DNA of 64,000 nucleotides from Octopus sinensis (taxonomy: Eukaryota), in contig NC_042999.1 in the NCBI RefSeq assembly GCF_006345805.1, positions 21,390,001-21,454,000 of the forward strand, read 5' to 3'. Positions 1 through 12,827 of the stretch are shown piece by piece. The notes beneath the pieces are model-generated. The model made no database searches. It was not told the origin of the DNA and saw nothing but the letters and a program-made list of their open reading frames with translations. How positions within the stretch are numbered: the stretch's first letter is position 1; the number at the start of each line of letters is the position of its first letter. Made by a program: the position numbers and the translations under genes.

Positions 1-1980
1 ACTTTAACATTTTGCTCTGTTATAAACAAACAAAATATGCGATTTAGAGAAGTAAGATTTGATAAGAAAAACATCGTTTTTGATGCTGAAGAATATGGCA
101 AATTATAACTGTTTAATCTGTGGATGTGTTGAAAATATGATTAGAGTGTTGTACAATTTAGAAAGTAGGTTTAATGAAATAAGTAAATATAAATTTTACA
201 ATTATTCAAATATGATTTCATTGAATAGCTTCATACAAATATAGATATATGTGTTACAATCTCCCCGTTTGCCGTTATTCTCTATTCAAAGTTGCAATGT
301 CATCAGTAAAATTGTTTGAAATATTCATTTGATTAATGTTACGAATGTGGTTTTGAAATGAAAATATAGAGAAAAAATATAGACGCCTGTCTAATTACTG
401 AATATTCCCTCGCTAACACATTCAATGACATCCGTACACATTCACAGATCTTTCTTTTTGTATTGCAATAGTAACAGCTTCGTGCTGCCATACACTTTTG
501 CCTTCTTTTCTGTAAACAATTCCTAACACATTTAGATTAATAACCTTGTATTAAATCATTTCTCTCCAGACATACAATCCTATGAAAACTTCCCGCAACG
601 TCTTGTTTTTATTGATAGATCAACTACACCTTATTTCCTGTCTACCATGGTTATCAAATAACTAGACATGATTCTGTTCTGAAGCTTCTCGAAGCACCCC
701 CAAAAAGCAATAAATACTAGCTTGTGTAAATTTATAAACCCTTTTGACGTCAGCAATATGGAATTATCCGTGGTAAGAATAAAGTTACTAAAATGGTTAG
801 AGAAATTCGAGCGATTTTTTTTGGTACAATGGTATATGACCTGTTATATGTACAGATGTGTGTTCGAGGCCCTGGTCAGCCTTCGAAATTTCCTATCGAA
901 AATAGTTTTTTCTACCCAATATTTTCATGCTATTATTTATAGCCTTATGTGTGCTCGTCGAAAGTTTAGAAACTTTTTATGACGACATCAACTAAAGGCA
1001 TGTATTAACAGGACTAGTTGGTACACTGATATCGTTATTCAGAAGAATTTAAGTAATAGTTGACATCTAAGCGATTCGAACTCAGAGTCGGAGTAAAGTA
1101 GTTATTCTGACGCTTCAGCGACTCTGCCAAATATATTAAACGTCATAAAACATTAATAATTTTTGTACGTACCTGATGAGCGTGTCAAGCTTAAGAGATA
1201 GAATTTGCTGAAAAAAATTGTCTTGCTTAAATAAAAAAAAAAATTAACTAGATCTCTACAGGAAAAGATTTGAAGTCGCATCTATGAGTTGTTTAATTAC
1301 TTCTCAACACCCATGCCCACTGGACCACCAAAGCAGCAACGACCTTAGTGGGAAAATTAAGATATTAAATTTGACGAGTGTGTCGAGTAAGGAAGAGAGG
1401 AAGTGAGAAAGAAAGTGAGAGAATGAGAGGAATTGGCTGAATTCTTTTGAATTCCATTCTAAGATTGAACTGACATTCACCCCTGGCTGTTAAAGGCCCA
1501 ACCACACACAGACACAACACCCCACCAAACATATTTGTTTTACGTCTTCTACATATTTGAATTCCACCTTACACTAGATAACGTCTTAATGACCGAAGTT
1601 TAAATTTTGAATTTGTTTAAATTATAAAATTACACCTCAGCTAAAAAGCACCTTTTGGCTTTCGAATACAACCTTTGCTTTCTCTTTCTATAGTTTTGTT
1701 AAGTTAGAATTTCATTGTTTTGGTCAGGATTCTCCAATTTCTTTTTTCGGGTATCAAGTAACGGATGAAAGCATTAAAAAAAATTAAATTCATAGAAAAT
1801 CAAAAATATTATTTCTATGTTTCCCTTTCCTTAATACTAACAAGAGCATAGTATGAGAGACATTTGGCTGTTATTTCTAGCAAATTGAACAACGACACAG
1901 AGTTGCTTAATTGGCTCATTTGTTGATGTGCATAAGTAAACAAAAACTAAAAGACACACACACACACACAGACATATGAG

Positions 1981-2192
1981 TGTGTCTGTGTTTTTCCCCC
2001 TACCAAGATTGCTTGACAACAGGTGATGGTGTGTTTGCGTCCCTGTAATTTAACTATTCAGCAGAAGGGACTGATAGAATAAGCACTATACTTACAGGGA
2101 ATAAGTCCAGGGGACTGTTTCTTCGACTAAATGGTGGTGCTCCATCATGGCCCCCGTGAAACACCTGAAACAAGTAAAAGAATAAAAGAATA
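1981..2192 (+). mobile_element. SINE family A, 3' half (degenerate)
   Basis: Matches the 3' half of the full copies (ttgcttgacaac...gatagaataag...ggtggtgctccatcatggcc...gaaacaagtaaaagaataaaagaata). Confidence 0.8.
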
Positions 2193-2360
2193 CGAGAATA
2201 CGTTCCGTACCACTAAACCAAGTGGTCTCTGAATATGTACGATGTATTTTAAGGCTAAATAGCAATTCTGTTTACGTTTGTGTAACAGATATTTTGCTTG
2301 GATTTGTATAGTATCAGTTTTATCCTTCTCTATATATTCTGTAGCTGTCGCAATATACTA

Positions 2361-2570
2361 TTCTGCTATAGGCACAAGTCCTGAAATTTTTGTGGGGAGA
2401 GGGCCAATCAATTAGATCGACCCTAGTACGCAACTGGTACTTAATTTATCGACCCTGAAAGAATGAAAGGGAAAATCGACTTCGACAGAATTTGAAATCA
2501 ACGTAAAGACAGACGAAATATCACTAAGCATTTCGCCGGCGTGCTAACGACTATTGCAGGTTCGCCGCCT
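2361..2570 (-). mobile_element. SINE family B (alternative 3' tail variant)
   Basis: Reverse complement of the aggcggcga...gagttcaaattc...aagtaccagttgcgtac body; tail aaatttcaggacttgtgcctatagcagaa as at 38801-39016. Confidence 0.85.
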
Positions 2571-2718
2571 TTAACTGTCACAATAAAGAAACATTTCTCA
2601 TGGCACCAGCACACAATTTACAGATACTTACATTTTTTATATTTTCATTGAAATTTTCACGGGTCCAGCTAGTATATATTATTATTTTATGTTAGTGTAT
2701 ATGATATATATTATTGTA

Positions 2719-2940
2719 AGGCGGCTAGCTAGTAGAAACGTTAGCACGCCGAGCGAAATACTTAGCGGCATTTCGTCTGCCTTTACGTTCTGAGTTGAAA
2801 TTCCGCCGAGGTCGACATTGCGTTTCATCATTTCGGGGTCGATTAAATAAGTACCCGTTACGCACAGTGGTCGATCTAATCGACTTAATCCCTTTGTCTG
2901 TCCTTGTATGTTTAGATTCCCTGTGGGTAATAAAGAAATA
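2719..2940 (+). mobile_element. SINE family B
   Basis: ggcggctagctagtagaaacgttagcacgccg...tgggtaataaagaaata; homologous to many copies in the window. Confidence 0.9.
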
Positions 2941-4321
2941 AATATATATTATAGTATATGCATCAAACTATGTCGATATTTATAGAACATATATGACATA
3001 GGCAAACTACTGAAAAAATAAACTTCATGACTTCAATCTTTTGATTTAATTCTATTAGTCAAGTTTATACTATTGTAGTCATTAGTGAAATCAGGCCTTG
3101 TTAACATACTTTTATAGAAATTTTACGTTACGTAGTAGGGTATCGGCTCGACCGATATTTAAAATATGTGAAGCATATCGCAGTTTATTTTTATCGGCTG
3201 GAATATTTTGTGCGTTCAGTGTAGGCCTGACTGTTGCATCTGAACTCAGCCTCGAAATTGAAGATGCTCTATGTCGTACTACATCGCTGCTGCATTTGGA
3301 TTTTATGAATCATAATATTGTGTCATGGCTATTGCATCTGTTTCCGACCAACCAGAGTCGGATCCTTGAAAATAATATTGCACACGGACCTCCCTCTCTG
3401 ACAAAGGCTTTAAACAGATCAATCAATGAAATAACTATGCTGTTGCTGGTTACATTGTGTGTTTTACATTATTATGATATCACCGAAAGTATGTCCACAA
3501 CGTGTAAGCTATGTATAACTAAGTGTAGCGTATGTGTTGAATGAAAATATCTCTGTTAAATATATATAACCGAGAGTACATCTAATGAGATATTTGATTA
3601 TAAGTGCCTTATTATTGAACAATCGAGAATCAATATCATGTGAACACAGTCTAAAATAACAGGGACACCCACTTGTTACAGATCATAGCTAAGCTTGCTA
3701 CTAATGATGGTTGGCTAGAACTTTTCAAACACAGATGGTTAAAAGATGTTTCAACGGGAAAATTACCTTACTATTAGAAGTAATGCAACGGATATAGTTT
3801 GATCTTCTCATTGACTCTAGAAAACGAAAAATTCATAACATTGCACTGAGTAATTAGATTCGTTCTGCTAGAATATTTTGCGCTTTTTTGTTTAAGTTAG
3901 CCATTTTATTCGGGGCGCCTGTACATAATCGAGTGATCTGTTTTAGCAAAATCTACATGAAACAATAATATGGCCATAATATTAATGGTTTGAAAGTATT
4001 ATCTTTACAAATAACATAAGAAAAATAAAGAGTGTGTCTAATAAACATATCACACTAAATTTCAAATAAAAATATATCTAGGGGTATATTTCACCGAACA
4101 AAGATAACAGAATGATAGTAAACAGTGATCGAAGTATTTAATCACTCTGTACATGCTGTCATAGATTAACGAGCCGTTCTCATTCCATATTACTGGTAAT
4201 CATTCTGAAACATTGCTAGTTCTCATTGTGAGGACATAATTCTTTTGCTTTTAATCTCCTCTTGGTCATGGAGCACTGGAGGGGCTGTGAGCTGATCCCG
4301 CTATCTTCAAGCAAATGTTTA

Positions 4322-4660
4322 CATTCTCTTATTCTCTTATATGTTTCAGTACAATGACTGTGGCCATGCTGGAGCACCACCATTGTAATCATCTTTCCAC
4401 TTTCCACTTTTATCGGAGCGGCTTCTGGTTAAGGATAGAGTTCGATGCTACTGCCCTCTTGAGTTTCTTGCGTAGATATTGGCTCATCTGGGGTCTCGGT
4501 GAGCCAGAGGTCAAATTCACGTTTGAAAACGTCTACATCCACTTTATGGAGACTCCTCAGATGCTTCAGTAGACAGTTAAACAGCTGTGGGCCCTTGAAA
4601 CCCAAGCTATTGCAGTACATCGTCCATGCCCGAGATGAAGCAGTCGACACAGAAAATAAC
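4322..4660 (-). mobile_element. 3' stub of a CR1-like LINE (ORF2 C-terminus, 3'UTR, tail)
   Basis: Minus-strand translation YCNSLGFKGPQLFNCLLKHLRSLHKVDVDVFKREFDLWLTETPDEP, then after a frameshift RAVASNSILNQ; comparable to the C-terminus of the 61.5-kb LINE (FKRSLDRFLQRIPDKP). Followed by 3'UTR ggtgctccagcatggccacagtc...actgaaac and a (taagagaa)n tail. Confidence 0.8.
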
Positions 4661-5124
4661 TAAGATTGAGAATTTGTCTGCCACGACTTATCCCTGTGTA
4701 GGGACTCCTGAATGGAAGTTTTGACTGTTATTGAAAACCAGTAAAGGGAACCTTTCCTATTGCTTCATTTTCTTCCATCTTCTCCATTATATTGCTGACT
4801 ACGTATTAGATATGTTTAGAATAACACAAATGCAAATTGATAATATTGAACATCATACGAAGCAAAAATACGAAGGCGTCGTATTTCTTCCTTTTATGTG
4901 GACGCTATAATAATAAATATAACAGTTCACTTCAAAGATTTAGCGAAACAAGATACTTTCTCCGACACAATGACAATAATGATAACGTAGTCTGACTTAG
5001 GTATAAAGTGAAAACTGGGTAAAATCGATTATTCTTCTCTGAAGTAATTAGTGATAAATGATTTTATTGACGAAATACGGATGAAAGCATTGGGTTTAGA
5101 ATACCTCCTTCCAACATAGTGAGA

Positions 5125-5223
5125 AGGACGGTAATTTTTCTAAGTTCTGTAAAAGAACTTAGGTAATTGGGCCTCCAGCCACGCCTTTCACGGTACTCTT
5201 AGAGCCAGCAACGTTTCAGCAAT
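5125..5223 (-). mobile_element. Fragment of mariner-derived MITE family
   Basis: Reverse complement tgctgaaacgttgctggctct...gaaaggcgtggctggaggcc...aagttctttt aligns with 31274-31360. Confidence 0.6.
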
Positions 5224-5617
5224 CGCACATGATTTATGAAAAATATTATTTTAAGGGTATTTACGATTTGGCAGAATCGTTATAAAGCGGGAAAATCGCT
5301 TAGAAGAATTTCGTCCGTCTTTACTTTCTGATATCAAAATTCCGCTAAGGTCAATTTCCTTCGTCGAAGGTGATAAAATAAATAAATACCAGCTAAGTAC
5401 TACGGTGAATGTAATTGACGTACCGCTCCTTCAAACAATCTCACCTTGTGCCAAAAATTGAAATCAATCTGGAATGTATTGCACGCGTCAACAAAGAATG
5501 ACTTTTATAATTTACAATAGATTACGAAAAATTGCCTTCACTTGAGATGGTCCATTTCAAAAACAGAATGACGAATTTTAAAATACATAAGCTGCTGATT
5601 ATGGAAATTTTAATGTA

Positions 5618-6043
5618 AGGCGTAAGAGTGGCTGTGGTAAGTAGCTTGCCTACCAACCCTATGGTTCTGGGTTCAGTCCCACTGCATGGCACCTTGGACA
5701 AGTGTTTTCTACTATAGCCTCGGGCCGACCAAAGCCTTATGAGTGGATTTGGCAGACGAAAACTGAAAGAAATCTGTCGTATATATGTATATATATAAAT
5801 GTGTGTGTGTGTGTGTGTGTGTGTGTTTGTCTGTCTGTGTTTGCCCCCCACCAACATCGCTTGACAACCGATGCTGGTGCGTTACGTCCAAGTAACTTAG
5901 CGGTTCGGCAAAAGAGACCGATAGAATAAGTACTTAGCTTCCAAAGAATAAGTCCTGGGGTCGAGTTGCTCGACTAAAGGCGGTGCTCCAGCATGGCCGC
6001 AGTCACAAGACTGAAACAAGTAAAAGGGTAAACGAGTAAAGAG
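5618..6043 (+). mobile_element. SINE family A, full length (tRNA-like head, internal microsatellite, LINE-like tail)
   Basis: Head agtggctgtggtaag...ggttctgggttcagtccc with A/B-box-like motifs; (TA)(TG)n middle; tail ggcggtgctccagcatggccgcagtc...gaaacaagtaaaag. Confidence 0.9.
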
Positions 6044-6329
6044 ATATTTAACTATTTCATAAGAACAGCGGGTTACAGCGTGCACTATTCCCATTGGAAG
6101 CTAACTAACGAAGCCATTTCTGAGTAAATTTTAGAAATGCTTTACAGATCAAGGATATATTTCGTTCGTATCTTGTTTTGTAAATGAGTTTCAGCATTAA
6201 ACGAAAGTTAGTTACGAAGAGAGACAGTCGTCTCGAAGAATTAAATATATTATATCTGTTTATATAAGATGGTGTCACCTGATCGCCACTAGGAATTTAG
6301 ATAACAGGAATCTCATCATTCATGCATAC

Positions 6330-6680
<351 letters not shown>

Positions 6681-9040
6681 TAGATATCACGCATCGTACA
6701 ATAACTGGAATTTTTTGCGAGACTTCGTCATATTGTGTCTCTGCGGATCATTTGAATTAGAGATATTGTTACTTAATTCTAAACACTTTTAACTCAATTG
6801 TTGGAGGTATTACACGAAAGACATTCTCAAACGCATTTCACGTATTAGATATAAAAATCGATTTTAAAGTTGTTTTAAACATTAATATAAACGTATTAAA
6901 ACATATTACAACTTGTTACTACGTTGTTTTTTCTGCCATTTGCAATCATTTCTCCACCATTAATCGAGTCCCTTTCCAAATTGTAGTAATTTTATATCTC
7001 TTGAGAAAACGATGCATTCTTTTTAAGTTTTTGTTTCCGGTATCAGCGGAGAGATACGCTGAATCTGTTAGAAAAAAAATTTTAGTATTAATTTTCCAAT
7101 TTAGGTAAGCTTACAAATGTCACCAATAGTTCATAAGCAACTTATGCACTATAAACGGTCTTTGTAGAAGCTCAAACATATAAACTGCATTTCGCAAACC
7201 ATTTAGGTTACTGTATCTAATATAGACCAGTTGAGAATTAATTTCAGATCATTGAAGTAGAGATCGATAATGAGCTGTATTTGTTTCGCAGCTTAATTCA
7301 TGCTTGCTATCCATAATGAGATTGTTTAAGAATTTCTGTTTTGAAGCATTCAATTGGCAGACTCGACAACGTTTATATGTTTATAAAGATCACTGCGAGG
7401 TTTCTTCACGGGTTTAATTTCCCGCCATTACTGCTGAAAGATGAAATCTGATGCAGTTATTAATCACATATGCCTGTGTGTTCTTAGTATTTACAGAGAG
7501 GTGGATCAGTGGATGTTACGTTTAAAAGGAAGCTTAATTATTTGATAAGCACTTTTTCAAACTGGCAAATATGTTGATGTTATGCGACCGAGGCCACCGT
7601 AGGGGCAATTTCATATTGACATCTAACATTTACTAACATTACTTTGATAAAAAGAAAATGTTACCAATTTCAAAGCCGCATCTAAGAAAAAAGAATTCCG
7701 TGTTTGCGCACGTCATTACAAGCAGTTCTTTGATGTCGCATCAAATATCTAGAAGACACTTCATCTGCTTGGATAACTTTCATATCAGTTTCATTCATAG
7801 TTCCGAGAGTAGTTTCAAAGCTCATTATATAGTCATTGTTTTGATGTAACATTTCCTGAAAATATAAGGTCTTCCTCTGAAATACTTGGGAAGATTAATA
7901 ACGTTTCTTTGTTTGTTATTATCGTCTCTCACCTATGAATTATATCTGAACATACTTGTTTATTAGCATTTGGAAATGGAAGAAATGACAGTGGGCAACG
8001 AAATATTCGCTCCAATATTTTCAGTGTAGGTTTTCTATCCCCATAAAGTGCCTAAAATATGTAAAAAGTGACGTACCTTATTTCCCCAGAAATGAAGAAA
8101 TGCGATACAGCCATAATTCCTTCTAAGAAATGCTTAAATAGCTCTAAAGATATCAGTATGAAATAGGGTTTTAGAACCCGATGTGAACATAATCAAACCC
8201 AGAGATTTTTTATGTTATCCTACGTTGTACATGTATTTCCCCAAGGAAGCTGACTCGATTACGTTCGTAATATATACTTTTGTTAGAATGAAATACTACT
8301 CATTATTTAAATTGCTACATTTTTTATGGCATAATTTCTAGTTTTGCTTTATTGAAGATTCAGTAATTGATCCTCTGACTGAAATTGATATTATTATTTT
8401 TATTGCTTTTCGTTTGATGAAGTGAATAGGACATGGAACTTGATCATTGGGTTCATTCTTTCCATAGATTGCATTCGTTTTTCAAGTCATTACAAAGAGT
8501 TTCAAATGATTTTCTTCTGATGCTGTGATCCTAAATAATTTGGCCTCTTGAAATTTTCAAGAAATCGCTGAGAATGTTTCATGATAAATTACTAAACTTG
8601 ATACGCATAGGCACTTTGTGTCAATCATTGCAGTGCCGCCATGCTAAAGTACCACTTTCAAAGTACTTTCAAAGTTTGGCATATACGCTAACGGTATCCT
8701 TTACCAAACTTTTACCTTAACGGAACGTAAATGAACCAACTAAGCAACACACACATGCACGCCCACACGCACACATATTAATCTACGATATATTTATTAT
8801 ATGAGATATATATACTTTTTTACTTTTTACTTGTTTCAGTCATGTGGCTGTGGCCATGCTGGAGCAGCGCCTTTAGTCGAGCAAATCGACCCCCAGGACT
8901 TATTCTTTGTAAGTCTAGTACTTATTCTATCGGTCTTTTTTGCCGAAACGCTAAGTTACGGGGACGTAAACACACCAGCATCGGTTGTCAAGCGATGTTG
9001 GGGGACAAACACAAACACACAAACATATACACACACACAT

Positions 9041-9087
<47 letters not shown>

Positions 9088-9154
9088 ACGACGGGCTTCT
9101 TTCAGTTTCCGTCTACCAAATCCACTTACAAGGCTTTGGTCGGCCCGAAACTAT

Positions 9155-10443
9155 GTTAGTTAGTTAGTTAATTTGGCTCAAAAGCAAATAGCAAGGCCAT
9201 GTAGGGGGACATAGAGTTAAGTACAGGGTGGTGTTCATGTAAAGAGTTCAGGCCACTTGAGGTCCAGGGAGGCTTTGAACAAAGCGGTCGTCGGCATCTT
9301 CACCATCTCGTCTGGCAGCTTGTTCCACGGATCCGCAACCCGGACAGAGAAAGCTCCTCTCCTTCGATTGAGATGAAATCGTCGTAGGTAGAGCTTTTCG
9401 GAATGACCCCGCAGCCGACGCTCCGGAGCAGGAGTGAAGAACAGCTCTTTCGAGAGGTTACACTTCCCGCGTATGATGTTGTGGGCGAGAATGAGATCAC
9501 CACGGCGGCGGCGTTTTTCAAGAGAATAAAGGTCGAGCGTCCTCAGCCTTTCTTCGTAGGACAAATTTTTGAGACTATGAACCATGCGGGTAGCCAGCCT
9601 CTGGACTCTTTCGAGATGCTGTATGTCTTTGAGGAGATAAGGAGAAGAGGCTTGAATCCCATACTCCAATATGGGTCTCACCAGCGTGACATAGAGTGGT
9701 AGGAATATGGCTGCTGTGAGCATTCCGAATGACCGTCGAATCAAAAACAGAATTCCGCGCGCTTTGTTGGCAGCATGGACGCACTGGGCCGAAGGCAAAA
9801 AGGAGGAATCCACCAAGATACCCAGGTCCTTTACCTGATCGGTCCTCTCCAGCAGCAGACGACCCGGCTCGAAATCAAGTTGAGTTGCAGGAGTAGAGCC
9901 GACAGGCAGATGACAGCACTTTGACACGTTCAGACACAGGTCCCATTCGTTAGACCACTTCCAAATTTGGTGGAGGCATCGACGAAGATCCTCTATACTA
10001 CCGCGAGGAGCGACCAGTTTTATATCGTCGGCAAATAGAAGGGTGTGTTGCGTGAGGTCGTCGGGCAAGTCATTTATGAAGACTAAGAACAACAAGGGCC
10101 CAAGCACTGAACCTTGAGGCACGCCACTGCTCGCACTGGAGACGTCGGACCGCGAACCATTAACTTGAACTTGGAAGGAGCGATCTGAGAGGAAGGCACC
10201 AACCCATCGTACAATATCCGGATGGAAATTATATGCTTGAAGCTTGACAAGTAGTAGGCGGTGGTTTACCGAGTCAAAAGCTTTGGCAAAGTCCAATAAA
10301 ACGATGTCAACAGCATCACTATCATCGAGGATGCGCGTCACCAATTCTTCCATTACTAGTAAGTTGGTCAAGCATGATCTCTTTGGCACGAAGCCGTGTT
10401 GGGAATCAGTGATCGAGGCTGTGTTTAGGAGGTGGAGCATCAT
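9155..10443 (-). mobile_element. 5'-truncated CR1-like LINE with uninterrupted reverse transcriptase C-terminal ORF
   Basis: ORF 9235-10476 has QHGF, DFAKAFDSV, SGVPQGSVLGPLLF and LFADDIKL RT motifs plus the CR1-type C-terminus LERVQRLATRM...WNKLP. (TAAC)n 3' tail at 9155-9170; ACTAT duplicated at 9150-9154 and 10444-10448. Confidence 0.95.
9235..10443 (-). pseudogene. LINE ORF2 reverse transcriptase, N-terminally truncated, no internal stops
   Basis: About 400 codons open. The first ~11 codons of the called ORF (MAPWASVFYYS) come from the SINE flank; no endonuclease domain is present. Confidence 0.9.
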
Positions 10444-10547
10444 ACTATAGTAGAAGACACTCGCCCAAGGTGCCACGCAGTGGGACTGAACCTGGAACCA
10501 TGTGGTTGGTAAACAAGCTACTTACCACACAGCCACTCCTACGCCTA

Positions 10548-10548
<1 letters not shown>

Positions 10549-10595
<47 letters not shown>

Positions 10596-10840
10596 CACAA
10601 AATAAGAAAATGGAGAAATACATCTAAATCATTTATCAACTACCAGAAAATACCCAATCATATACTTTATATATATGAACATTAGGGTTAAACATAAAAA
10701 TATATAACAAAACAGCGTACATGAATGAGTAATACAATACAATAAGTACAATCATTATAAGAGGATATAAATAAATAAATATAAATAGATATAAATATAA
10801 ATATACACTATATCTTACAGCTGTTTCGGCTCTCTTGTTA

Positions 10841-10916
<76 letters not shown>
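10549..10916. repeat. (CT)n(TA)n tract and long (TA)n tract
   Basis: Read directly from the sequence (10549-10596; 10841-10916). Confidence 0.9.
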
Positions 10917-10924
<8 letters not shown>

Positions 10925-11164
10925 TATTCGATGTGTTTCTCACAGTTTTTCCTCTAACAAATTCACTAACAAAATGCCCGATTTCACGCTTAGTGGGGTT
11001 GAATTCTGAACCACTTGGTTTTAAAAAGCGGCCTCCTTAAACACTCAAATGCACATAAAATTTTGAAGAAATAGCGGAGAGTATTAGAAAAGGATATAAA
11101 ATTAGAATTATCTTCGTCAATACATAGAAATAAAGAATCGTTTATACATTGCCTGTAAATGTGC

Positions 11165-11415
11165 GAAGGCCCGTGGCCTCGTGGTCAGGGATTTGAGTTA
11201 ATGAACGTAAGGAAGTGATTTCGATTCATGGAGAGGAATGTGCGTGGTGTTCTTGAGCAATATACTTTATTTCACGTTGCTCCAGTCCGCAAAGCTGTAA
11301 GCGAGTATCACGAAGACAAGGCGGTACCTTGTTCGGAGGGAATGTTGTGATCTCTGTTACATATGCGCCGAGGAAACCGGGCATAGGTAACCGGTCTGAT
11401 GAATCCTAAGGCTAA
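11165..11415 (+). mobile_element. Degenerate tRNA-derived SINE (family D-like)
   Basis: gaaggcccgtggcctcgtggtcaggg...gtgttcttgagcaatatactttatttcacgttgctccagtcc matches the reverse complement of 24071-24190 and 38150-38290. Confidence 0.7.
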
Positions 11416-11639
11416 ACACCGAACTATTACTACTACTATTTTCTAAAACCTGGTATCTAAACTGGTATGATTCGGAGATGGAAACAAGCCATTACTGGTT
11501 ATAGGGCAGTGGTACGTACAAATCCGCCACATCCGCCGAAGGTGCCATGCAATAGAACTGAACCTGAAACCACGTGGTTGTCAAGCAAACTTCTACCACA
11601 CAGCAACGCCAATTCTTGTAATATCAATATTCTCTTTTC

Positions 11640-11943
11640 GCCCTTTTCAAGTCTAGCCAAGCTCATGGGCTCGGTTTCCCGGTTTCTGTGGCGTATGTGT
11701 CCCCCTCCCCCCAGCTGGACGAACGCCAGTCCATCGCAGCGTTACTCAAGAAACAGGAAGAGAGACTGTGAGAAAGTTGGGGCGAAAGAGTACAACAGGG
11801 GTCACCACCACACCCTGCCGGAGCCTCGTGGAGCTTTTAGGTGTTTTCGCTCAATATACACACACAACGTCCGGTCTGAGAATCGAAACCGCAATCCTCC
11901 GGCCGTGAGTCCGCTGCCTAACTACTGGGCCATTGCGCCACCA
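11640..11943 (-). mobile_element. tRNA-derived SINE family C with tail type i
   Basis: Head ggcgcaatggcccagtagttaggcagcggactc...ggtttcgattc; tail gaaaccgagcccatgagcttggctagacttgaaaaggg shared with 38051-38150. Confidence 0.85.
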
Positions 11944-12594
11944 CAATACCAATATTAGACCATAATAATTTTATGACTGCAATAGTTATGATATAATTAT
12001 CAAGGGAGCTTATTTTATATGTATTTAACTTGTACGTTTGCAATAATTATGAAACATTTCTCACAAGTCTGTATATATTTTTATGTATAATTGCTTAATC
12101 CTCAGCTTATATTTTAATTTGTAGTTCAAGTGAAATATTTCATATTTTTATCTATGAATTTAATAAGTTACTTAATATGATGAATCATCTGCCATATATC
12201 ATCTGTGAACATATATTCTTTATTTTAAGATAATGTATTAATGTGTTAGACGTCAGAAAATCTAAAATTACTCATGTAATTGTTATTCAAAATGACATGT
12301 TATCTCAGATCTTTAAAAATTATTATTATTCTCTGTTAGATGACCAATCAGGCTATTAACACGTTATCACGTTTGATCAGTGTAATCAAATGATTTGCGT
12401 AGACATTTGGCCAAATCGATGATCTTACTAAATTTGCAGTTCCAATGAGTAATTATAGGCAACGATAAGATGATAATACAGACTGTTCTTTTTATATTGT
12501 TAGTATTAAAGGGATTTCTTTGTAGCAGACATAAAAAAATTATTTACCAAAACGTGAATGCAACGAAAATAATTACCACGATATCAAACATTAC

Positions 12595-12827
12595 TTATTT
12601 ATTTACTGCCCACAAGGGGCTAAACAGAGAGAGGACAAAGAAGGACAGACAAACGGATTAAGTCGATTATATCGACCCCAGTGCGTAACTAGTACTTAAT
12701 TTATTGACCCCGAAAGGATGAAAGGCAAAGTCGACCTCGGCGGAAGTTGAACTCAAAATGTAACGGCAGACGAAATACGGCTACGCATTTCGCCCGGCGT
12801 GCTAACGTTTCTGCCTGCTCGCCGCCT
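12595..12827 (-). mobile_element. SINE family B flanked by a ~162-bp direct duplication
   Basis: Consensus family-B body; flanks 12433-12594 and 12827-12990 are near-identical. Confidence 0.92.

Larger units (their letters stand above)
8813..10546 (-). mobile_element. SINE family A, full length, split by a LINE insertion
   Basis: The 3' part (8813-9154) and the head (10444-10546) rejoin to the consensus cccgaaactatagtagaagacac. Confidence 0.92.

Noticed and set aside
1168-1212. CTGATGAG followed by CTGA/GAAA (snoRNA or hammerhead candidate)
   Set aside because: No helix I/II/III pairing around the motifs, and too short for a C/D snoRNA.
3098-3544. 148-aa ORF in non-repetitive sequence
   Set aside because: Non-ATG start, no recognisable domain or motif, no convincing splice context; cannot be supported without homology or expression data.
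5618-5700. tRNA-like A/B-box sequences at SINE heads
   Set aside because: No complete cloverleaf or acceptor stem; each continues into a SINE body, so none is called as a tRNA gene.
9300-10450. Plus-strand and alternate-frame ORFs over the LINE (also 19010-19390, 19768-20109, 61989-62682)
   Set aside because: Antisense or off-frame shadows of RT and transposase coding sequence.
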